Below, one piece after another: positions 24,263-30,070 of a stretch of 31,539 nucleotides of DNA. The position numbers and the translations under genes were made by a program. The notes beneath the pieces were generated by a model. The model did no database searches. It had not been told where the DNA came from and saw only the letters and a program-made list of their open reading frames with translations. Source of the stretch: a virus; the IMG/VR virus record IMGVR_UViG_3300028025_000020, one strand, 5' to 3'. The stretch's first letter is position 1. Each line of letters starts with the position of its first letter.

Positions 24263-24911
24263 CGTTTAATGTTCCAAATTTAGGTTTGTTTGTTATTTGT
24301 TGTGTTTGTTTATTGTAATCTTTTGCAATCCAATTCTTTACTGTTGCTTTCCAATCTTTCATTTTGTTTCTTCCTACCATCCAGCCATTGCTTTCGTAGT
24401 AGTTATAAAAGTGTTCAGCGTTAAAAGTTGGAAATTCATTTTTAATATCTTGAATATTTGGTTTAATAAATCTTTTATTTTCTTCTTTTTGTTCTTCTTC
24501 TTCTTCTCTTTCTTTTATTGGTGTCGTTTGATGTTCGTTAGCGTTTCGTTTGCGTTTCGTTTGCGTTTCATTTGCGTTTCGCTCACCTTGATAAGTCTCA
24601 TACTTACAAACAGTTAAGCGTGTCGTTATGTTATCGCTTTCTATTACAATCATAGAATCACTTTGTAACGCATTCATAAAACGTCTAACCTTTGATTTAT
24701 CCCAATTCCAACGCTTACCCCAACTTTCAAGTGACAGTATGCTTTGACCTCTTTTAATCTCATATAGTTTACCCTTAATCATTAATTTTGCATCTGAATA
24801 GTTAACCATTAAAAGAATATCATTCCAGGCTTCAAACTTACTAAATGTGCGTTTTTCAGTATAAAGCCAATGGTCAACTATTGACCTATGAATTTTAATC
24901 CATCCACACAT
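24255..24911 (-). CDS. Replisome organizer/replication initiator-like protein
   Basis: ORF track, 218 aa. N-terminal WIKIHRSIVDHW...RGQSILSLESWGKRWNWDKSKVRRFMNAL wHTH-type domain, a charged linker, and C-terminal FYNYYESNGWMVGRNKMKDWKATVKNW. Sits directly upstream of dnaB. Confidence 0.6.
   Translation of the reverse strand: MCGWIKIHRSIVDHWLYTEKRTFSKFEAWNDILLMVNYSDAKLMIKGKLYEIKRGQSILSLESWGKRWNWDKSKVRRFMNALQSDSMIVIESDNITTRLTVCKYETYQGERNANETQTKRKRNANEHQTTPIKEREEEEEQKEENKRFIKPNIQDIKNEFPTFNAEHFYNYYESNGWMVGRNKMKDWKATVKNWIAKDYNKQTQQITNKPKFGTLNDD
24541..24584. repeat. Four tandem 11-bp direct repeats (putative origin iterons) inside the organizer gene
   Basis: Read directly: gcgtttcgttt gcgtttcgttt gcgtttcattt gcgtttcgctc. 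A degenerate fifth unit precedes them (gatgttcgtta, 24530-24540). They adjoin a homopurine/AT-rich tract at 24470-24520. Confidence 0.6.
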
Positions 24912-24913
24912 AA

Positions 24914-25399
24914 TTATAACCCATTATTTTTTAAATCATAATTACTTTCAAGTTTAAAATTTATACCATCAATTTTAAAATCATAAGTATAAAAATCAAT
25001 TTGTCCACATCCTTGAACATTTAATAAATCAGTAATAAAACAAAAACTACCTTGTGTATCTAATTCTTTACCAATCAATTTAATATTGATATCAAATAAA
25101 TGTGATACATTTTTATTTTCTAAATAATTAATGACTCCTTTAACATAATTAAGAGATTGTAAAAACGAAGAAATACCAATTTTTTCTTTTTTTAATTCAA
25201 TAATAGTTACTTGTCCAGGGAAGAATAATTTTTTATCCTTATAATATGGGCGTGTGTAAGAAATTAAATCAGCAATCCCATAATTACCAATTTTTACTTG
25301 TCTCAAAAGTTTACCTTCAATTGATAAACCTCGTTTGTCTAATAAATCCATTCCAGATTCATAGATGATTGTTTCCAAATCTTTTTCTAAAAATTTCAT
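24914..25399 (-). CDS. PD-(D/E)XK nuclease-fold protein (NucS-like core)
   Basis: ORF-track frame, but the track start at 25420 is TTG inside a terminator stem. I place the start at ATG 25399 (MKFLEKDLETIIYE...). Core YGIADLISY...VTIIELKKEKI...SFLQSLNYVKG fits D...E.K plus the Q..Y motif. Confidence 0.55.
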   Translation of the reverse strand: MKFLEKDLETIIYESGMDLLDKRGLSIEGKLLRQVKIGNYGIADLISYTRPYYKDKKLFFPGQVTIIELKKEKIGISSFLQSLNYVKGVINYLENKNVSHLFDINIKLIGKELDTQGSFCFITDLLNVQGCGQIDFYTYDFKIDGINFKLESNYDLKNNGL

Positions 25400-25403
25400 A
25401 AAT

Positions 25404-25456
25404 AAAAAAAGCCCAACCAAAATAGTGCAGTTCAGGTGCGACTATTTTAATTGAGC
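25404..25456 (-). terminator. Strong Rho-independent terminator T3, 4 nt upstream of the nuclease gene ATG
   Basis: Minus-strand RNA GCUCAAUUAAAAUAGUCGCA-CCUGAAC-UGCACUAUUUUGGUUGGGC (~19 bp with one bulge and G.U pairs) followed by UUUUUUU, then AUUU AUG. Confidence 0.65.
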
Positions 25457-25500
25457 CAATATCTTTTAAGTTTTGGAATCCTGAACATTCCACTTAACAA

Positions 25501-25511
25501 ATACAAATATA
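25501..25511 (-). promoter_or_regulatory. Host-type -7 box E5 (TATATTTGTAT)
   Basis: The 11-mer TATATTTGTAT (TAnnTTTG type) also occurs at E2 and E4. Here it is intergenic, just after the stop at 25518. No clear -33 TTTG. Confidence 0.4.
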
Positions 25512-25517
25512 TATTAT

Positions 25518-25808
25518 TTATTTTGTATAACCTAATTCTTTTAAAACTTCTTCTTCTTTTGCGTGACGTTGGTTGTAAACGTTACCACGAAGATTTGGGT
25601 AGTCTTGTTGTACTTTTTGTCGTGAACGTCTGATTGATTCAGGTGAAGTCACCATTCGACCAGCGATAGCGTTTAAAACATCGTAGACAGATTTTGCACC
25701 AAGTTCTGCTAATTCTTGTCTCCAAATATCAGCCATTAACAAAGCGTCATCGTCACGCATTTTAGTACTATTTTCTAAGCGTTGTTTGACTTCTTTTATA
25801 ATAAGCAT
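25518..25808 (-). CDS. Hypothetical protein
   Basis: ORF track, 96 aa. The pattern ...MRDDDALLMADIW...SIRRSRQKVQQDYPNLRG recurs in phage early regions as far as I recall. Function unknown. Confidence 0.6.
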   Translation of the reverse strand: MLIIKEVKQRLENSTKMRDDDALLMADIWRQELAELGAKSVYDVLNAIAGRMVTSPESIRRSRQKVQQDYPNLRGNVYNQRHAKEEEVLKELGYTK

Positions 25809-25848
25809 AGTGTTAAAATTAAAGCGATTAAAATTCTATAAATGTGTT

Positions 25849-25968
25849 TCATCTATTCTTAAATAATTTTCTAAAAAGCCTATCTAAATATTCTGCAAAA
25901 TTCCATACAAAAACTAACATAGTAGTAAACAGAATAACAAGTCCTATTATTTCTAAAATTGTTTTCAT
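25849..25968 (-). CDS. Possible small membrane peptide (39 aa)
   Basis: Hand-translated: MKTILEIIGLVILFTTMLVFVWNFAEYLDRLFRKLFKNR*. Its ATG forms an ATGA overlap with the upstream stop inside the conserved junction repeat. Confidence 0.3.
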   Translation of the reverse strand: MKTILEIIGLVILFTTMLVFVWNFAEYLDRLFRKLFKNR

Positions 25969-26180
25969 TTGTTACCTACGTATGTTTCGTTGTAGTATTG
26001 TTCAGTTGCTTCTATTGAAATATCTTCAAATAATGCGCCTATCATATACGAATTCATTATTTGTTCCTTCTCTATTTCTAAATACATATCCCAATTCACA
26101 TTCATCCCTCTTGATTTGCATTCAATATCTAAGGCTTGAATAATTAGTTGTACTACCGTTTGTTGTTTACTGTTTGTCAT
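25965..26180 (-). CDS. Small protein, paralog family member 1 (C-terminus YYNETYVGNK)
   Basis: ORF track, 71 aa. Aligns with 26513..26725 (KQQTVVQLIIQAL vs KQTAVEWLVEQIM; EKEQIMNSY vs EKEQIRKAY). Confidence 0.6.
   Translation of the reverse strand: MTNSKQQTVVQLIIQALDIECKSRGMNVNWDMYLEIEKEQIMNSYMIGALFEDISIEATEQYYNETYVGNK
25966..25991. repeat. Conserved gene-junction repeat, copy A
   Basis: catttgttacctacgtatgtttcgtt differs at one position from copy B (26514..26539). Confidence 0.8.
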
Positions 26181-26183
26181 TGC

Positions 26184-26516
26184 TCACCTCCTTGTTTCAA
26201 GTTGTTCAACTATTTGAAATTTTACTAATTCCAATGCTCTTAGATAACCCTCCGCATATCCATCTGCATACTGATTACCTTTCCCCTGCATTTTTTTATA
26301 AAAATCCATTTCGCCTTGCTCATATCCGTTACCATATGCAACATTTAATTTTTCTTCTATCTCCTCATCACTTGGTAGTTCGATGTTTTTAGTCGGTTCG
26401 AGATCTCCAATAAATTCTATCATTTCTTTATTGAATGGTGCTCTACTTTCTTTGCGACAGATTCCAAAGCCAAAAGCAATTGCTTTAATTAAATCTTCTT
26501 CTGTGTACATTTTCAT
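26184..26516 (-). CDS. Hypothetical protein
   Basis: ORF track, 110 aa. Confidence 0.6.
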   Translation of the reverse strand: MKMYTEEDLIKAIAFGFGICRKESRAPFNKEMIEFIGDLEPTKNIELPSDEEIEEKLNVAYGNGYEQGEMDFYKKMQGKGNQYADGYAEGYLRALELVKFQIVEQLETRR

Positions 26517-26725
26517 TTGTTACCTCCGTATGTTTCGTTATAGTAATCAGTTGTTAACTTTGTGTCTTTGTAATGCTCTCCGTCGCAATATGCTTTACGT
26601 ATCTGCTCCTTCTCCATTTCTTTAGCTTGTTCAAATTCTTCAAGCATTTCTTTAGTGTATAACTGCCTTGCCATAATTTGCTCAACTAACCACTCTACTG
26701 CCGTTTGTTTTGTTTCGTTACTCAT
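26513..26725 (-). CDS. Small protein, paralog family member 2 (C-terminus YYNETYGGNK)
   Basis: ORF track, 70 aa. See 25965..26180. Confidence 0.6.
   Translation of the reverse strand: MSNETKQTAVEWLVEQIMARQLYTKEMLEEFEQAKEMEKEQIRKAYCDGEHYKDTKLTTDYYNETYGGNK
26514..26539. repeat. Conserved gene-junction repeat, copy B
   Basis: catttgttacctccgtatgtttcgtt. Confidence 0.8.
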
Positions 26726-27123
26726 TTGTTACCTCCGTATGTTTGTGTGATTATTTTATAAACTTCATGGCTTTCATTTTCAGCCCAAGTAATTATTTCC
26801 TCTTCTTTATTTACATCATAATTATGTAATGCAAATGATTGATGTAATAATTCGTGCATTATTAACGCAAAAGTGCTCAGCGAATCGGTACATCTTAAAA
26901 TATTGATAAAAACAAATCTTGCATCATTGGTATTATATTCACCCGATTTTTTTGGCACAAAATTACATAATCCTGCTATATAAGAATTATCACAAGTATT
27001 GACATTTGCCTGGCAATCACTATAATTTAAACCGTGCATTTTATCTACATCAAAATAAGTAAATAAATCACAAGGGTTTTGACTTAATAAAAGCGTGTAA
27101 CTATCTCTGTCTATTTTATTCAT
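26722..27123 (-). CDS. HExxH-motif protein (possible zinc metallopeptidase), C-terminus TQTYGGNK
   Basis: ORF track, 133 aa. Contains LIMHELLHQSFALH and several Cys in the N-terminal half. Shares the family C-terminal tail. Confidence 0.4.
   Translation of the reverse strand: MNKIDRDSYTLLLSQNPCDLFTYFDVDKMHGLNYSDCQANVNTCDNSYIAGLCNFVPKKSGEYNTNDARFVFINILRCTDSLSTFALIMHELLHQSFALHNYDVNKEEEIITWAENESHEVYKIITQTYGGNK
26723..26744. repeat. Conserved gene-junction repeat, copy C
   Basis: catttgttacctccgtatgttt is identical to copy B over 22 nt. Confidence 0.8.
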
Positions 27124-27338
27124 ACTAAATCCCCCCTCATTTTACCTTTATACATTTTCTTCAATGCTTGATTGCTACGTTTTGCAACTGGGTTTAATGG
27201 TTGCCAGTCAGGAATGTCGTTAACGTCGATAAATTCTTGGCGTGTCGTTTCGATTGGTTCTTTTTTCAATGTAAAGTATAGCATACATAAAAACCCAACA
27301 CAACAGATGTACACAAATAACAAAATTAAATTAAACAT
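27120..27338 (-). CDS. Small membrane-anchored protein
   Basis: ORF track, 72 aa. N-terminal TM segment LILLFVYICCVGFLCMLYF. Confidence 0.55.
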   Translation of the reverse strand: MFNLILLFVYICCVGFLCMLYFTLKKEPIETTRQEFIDVNDIPDWQPLNPVAKRSNQALKKMYKGKMRGDLV

Positions 27339-27519
27339 TTTCGTTTGCGTTATAAATACCTACATAAATAACATCTTCATCTTCACCGATGATAGCGTCG
27401 TTATTTCTAAATTGCTTAGTTGTTGAGATACAACCTACCGTTGCATCTAACATCTTAAATACCACCCACTCATAAGCATCAGCTTTAGTAGGGAAATTTT
27501 GAATTATTGTTTTTTTCAT
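27331..27519 (-). CDS. Hypothetical protein
   Basis: ORF track, 62 aa. Confidence 0.5.
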   Translation of the reverse strand: MKKTIIQNFPTKADAYEWVVFKMLDATVGCISTTKQFRNNDAIIGEDEDVIYVGIYNANENV

Positions 27520-27815
27520 ATCGTTTGTTTTTTAAATTGTATAGAATAACTTAATACATCTGAATGTTTATCTTCAAATCCAGCATTCTCATTATAATTA
27601 ACTTTATAAATAGTAAAGTTATTATTCAATAGGATATTTGAATATTTTTCTTTTTTTCTTGGTTTGCTTAAACCAATTAAAGTAATAACATCAAAATTTT
27701 GAATAATTGAATCAAATGAACTCATATTAAAATCTTGTGTAAAATGTTTAGTTATTAAGGTTATTTTTTTACCTATAACTAAATGTGAAATTTTTAAATT
27801 GTTTCCGTTTTCCAT
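27516..27815 (-). CDS. Hypothetical protein (very AT-rich orphan; first gene behind promoter E2)
   Basis: ORF-track frame. The track start at 27830 is GTG inside the -7 box, so I place the start at ATG 27815 (MENGNNLKISH...). Confidence 0.55.
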   Translation of the reverse strand: MENGNNLKISHLVIGKKITLITKHFTQDFNMSSFDSIIQNFDVITLIGLSKPRKKEKYSNILLNNNFTIYKVNYNENAGFEDKHSDVLSYSIQFKKQTI

Positions 27816-27819
27816 GATA

Positions 27820-27850
27820 CAAATATACACACGTTTTCTATATATGCAAA
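27820..27850 (-). promoter_or_regulatory. Host-type early promoter E2 (TTTG-N19-TATATTTG, 4 nt from the ATG)
   Basis: Minus-strand ATTGAAAATAAAGTTTGCATATATAGAAAACGTGTGTATATTTGTATCATG. Matches the Bacteroidota -33 TTTG / -7 TAnnTTTG consensus and aligns with E1. Confidence 0.6.
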
Positions 27851-27886
27851 CTTTATTTTCAATATTGCAAAAATAATTATAAAAGA

Positions 27887-28525
27887 TTACATTTCTTTGA
27901 CAATTGATTGCAATAGCTCATTTGCATAATATAGTTTTTCGTCAATGATTTCTTGCACATCTTCAAGTTCTATGTGGGCAATAAACAAGTTGTGTGAACC
28001 TGGCATTCTTTTGTCGTAACTAACAAAATAACCGAAGTCAACTGCACTTGCTATCATACCCAATTGCATTTGCCAGTAGTAATCTGCATGAATTTTTCCT
28101 AAATCTTCAGCACATTTGATTGACCTATTCTTTAAATGTATTCCACTATTAAAAGGATTCTTTATTTCGACCAAACAATTACCACCAAGTGCGTCAGGGC
28201 TATAACCTGAGTATTCACCATAGGGAATAAACGTGTAAGTCTCACCACCATAATAAGTGTAAAACTCATCTTGATTTTGTTGGAATACCTCAAACGCTTC
28301 CTTTTCGTTTTCAACTCCCCACGTCAATGCTTCGCCCCATATTGGTTTGCGAATGCCAGTTAATAGCTCACTTGCTTTGTCGTAAACAAATGACTTTGCC
28401 GTCTCTGAAAGGTACTCCGACTTGTTTCTCGGAGTACCCATTAATTTATGTATTTCACTCGCAGTAAATTTACCTTCTCTTAAAGATAACCATTTACTTT
28501 CGTCGGATGTTATAGTTATTTGCAT
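27887..28525 (-). CDS. YqaJ-like recombination exonuclease (PD-(D/E)XK)
   Basis: ORF track, 212 aa. N-terminal WLSLREGKFTASEIHKLMG and core YSPDALGG...LVEIKNP (D...E.K), typical of lambda-Exo/YqaJ-type viral exonucleases. Lies close to the Erf gene. Confidence 0.7.
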   Translation of the reverse strand: MQITITSDESKWLSLREGKFTASEIHKLMGTPRNKSEYLSETAKSFVYDKASELLTGIRKPIWGEALTWGVENEKEAFEVFQQNQDEFYTYYGGETYTFIPYGEYSGYSPDALGGNCLVEIKNPFNSGIHLKNRSIKCAEDLGKIHADYYWQMQLGMIASAVDFGYFVSYDKRMPGSHNLFIAHIELEDVQEIIDEKLYYANELLQSIVKEM

Positions 28526-28893
28526 AAAATGTTTTTTAAAATTTGTTGTTCTTGTGCTGAAAATTTATCTAATTCTTTTTGCAAACGGTCTATGTCTTTT
28601 TGTTTATGTATTTCCCAAAAACTTAATATATTTACTACACCATTTGCAGATGCAATATCTATTATTTTTTGGTCTATTCCTTGTTTTTCAAGTTCTGTTA
28701 AAATAGCACATAAACACGCTTCTAAAAATTGATTACGTTCTTTAAAATTTTTTAATTCAATTTTATCCATCAAATTATCTTTTGTAATATTTTTAAAATT
28801 TATTGTTGGTTCTTGTAAAAAGAAATCATTATTTATTTTACTCCACTCATCACATGAGTAGTTTTTTGAGTTTTGTGCTGATTCGCAAGGCAT
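28516..28893 (-). CDS. Hypothetical protein (very AT-rich orphan)
   Basis: ORF track, 125 aa. Confidence 0.55.
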   Translation of the reverse strand: MPCESAQNSKNYSCDEWSKINNDFFLQEPTINFKNITKDNLMDKIELKNFKERNQFLEACLCAILTELEKQGIDQKIIDIASANGVVNILSFWEIHKQKDIDRLQKELDKFSAQEQQILKNILCK

Positions 28894-28906
28894 AGTTATT
28901 TATTTT

Positions 28907-29041
28907 TTATTTAAATGATACTAAAATTAATCCAATTACTAAAATAATCATATAAGTTAATATTGCTAATGAATATAATAACTCATTTTTATTTTTATTT
29001 TTCATTTCTTGAATTGCAGTTTTTTTTATATTATTTTCCAT
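28907..29041 (-). CDS. Possible small membrane peptide (44 aa)
   Basis: Hand-translated: MENNIKKTAIQEMKNKNKNELLYSLAILTYMIILVIGLILVSFK*. Fills the gap between the erf gene and the 125-aa gene. Confidence 0.3.
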   Translation of the reverse strand: MENNIKKTAIQEMKNKNKNELLYSLAILTYMIILVIGLILVSFK

Positions 29042-29058
29042 ATATTTAAATCAAAATT

Positions 29059-29589
29059 TCATTTAGCTGCAATCAATAACTTTTTGTTTTCAGCACTTAT
29101 AGTGTACTTGCGTTCGATGTCTTCTAACAAACCACCAGTTTGTAAGTGTTCTTTTGCTTTAAGCCAGTTAGAATGCTTTGGTGTTAGTTCTTCTTTGCTT
29201 AAAGGTTTACTTTGTACGTTGCCAGTTGCACTATTCCCGTCGTCGTCGTCGTCAATATTTAGATTTAAAATACTTGAAATAGAATAACGACGTGCATAAC
29301 TAACTGCCGAGCCGATTTGTTGTGGGTTGGTTGCATCTTTACAAACTATGTCGTACACGCTTTCTAAAATTTGACCACTATCTATGTGAATTAATTTAGT
29401 TACAACACAAGTGTTTATAACGGGCTGCACAATAACTAAACCATTCTTTTTAAGAATAGGGGTGATAACATTTAAAATGTGTGGTAACGTCGCATACTTT
29501 GAACCTTTGAAAAATGGGTTGTTTGCGTCTTTGCTAATCTTTGGGCATTCAGCCTGAAAATTTGCTACTGATAAAAATAGTTCTTTCAT
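29059..29589 (-). CDS. erf: ERF-family single-strand annealing protein
   Basis: ORF track, 176 aa. NPFFKGSKYATL...ILK...GL and IGSAVSYARRYSISSIL match conserved ERF blocks. Acidic run DDDDDG follows the core. Confidence 0.75.
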   Translation of the reverse strand: MKELFLSVANFQAECPKISKDANNPFFKGSKYATLPHILNVITPILKKNGLVIVQPVINTCVVTKLIHIDSGQILESVYDIVCKDATNPQQIGSAVSYARRYSISSILNLNIDDDDDGNSATGNVQSKPLSKEELTPKHSNWLKAKEHLQTGGLLEDIERKYTISAENKKLLIAAK

Positions 29590-29837
29590 ATCTTGTTTTG
29601 TTTTTTAAGTTCTAATACAATTTCGGTTAATCTTCTGTTTCCCATATCATCAAATAAATGCCAGTCAATGGCTTCGTCTCGTAGCCCGTCTTCATCGTGA
29701 CTAACAAACGTATAAGGAATTAAATCTTCAGGGTATTCGTCAATTATTAATTCTTGTACAACTTCAGCGTCGTATTCAAAATCATAATCACCATCACACA
29801 AATGACATTTAGCAAGGGAAAAAACAACGTAACTCAT
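29586..29837 (-). CDS. Small highly acidic protein
   Basis: ORF track, 83 aa. By my count 21 D/E versus 7 K/R. Confidence 0.6.
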   Translation of the reverse strand: MSYVVFSLAKCHLCDGDYDFEYDAEVVQELIIDEYPEDLIPYTFVSHDEDGLRDEAIDWHLFDDMGNRRLTEIVLELKKQNKI

Positions 29838-30022
29838 ATTCTTTCCTCTTTAATGATTTGAAGTGCAGCATTTAAAACCATTAATGCCTTCGGTTGGATT
29901 ACATCACCGTTAAGATATTTCTTAACCGTAGGCATAGAAATGCCAGTCTTTTTTGACACCTTAGAAACGATGCCGTGACGCTTGTTTAATTTGATTTGAT
30001 TTATTACTTCTTGTATTTCCAT
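29834..30022 (-). CDS. Small HTH DNA-binding regulator
   Basis: ORF-track frame. The track start at 30037 is TTG inside the -7 box, so I place the start at ATG 30022 (MEIQEVINQIKLNKRHGIVSKVSKKTGISMPTVKKYLNG...). SKKTGISMPTVKKYL is a classic helix-turn-helix. Confidence 0.65.
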   Translation of the reverse strand: MEIQEVINQIKLNKRHGIVSKVSKKTGISMPTVKKYLNGDVIQPKALMVLNAALQIIKEERI

Positions 30023-30026
30023 AGAA

Positions 30027-30057
30027 CAAAAATACAAAAAGTTTTTTAATATGCAAA
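30027..30057 (-). promoter_or_regulatory. Host-type early promoter E1 (TTTG-N19-TATTTTTG, 4 nt from the ATG)
   Basis: Minus-strand ATTGTAAAATAAATTTGCATATTAAAAAACTTTTTGTATTTTTGTTCTATG. Confidence 0.6.
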
Positions 30058-30070
30058 TTTATTTTACAAT

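Noticed and set aside
26395-26405. GGTTCGAGATC, resembling a tRNA T-arm
   Set aside because: It lies inside a coding region on the opposite strand, and no acceptor stem or anticodon arm can be drawn around it. I see no tRNA gene anywhere in the window.
26514-26539. GGAGGT in the junction repeats interpreted as genuine Shine-Dalgarno sites
   Set aside because: The other start codons I inspected lack Shine-Dalgarno sequences, and the hexamer also encodes the conserved YGGNK tail. It may be a by-product of peptide or repeat conservation. I kept it only as a sub-point of the junction-repeat finding.
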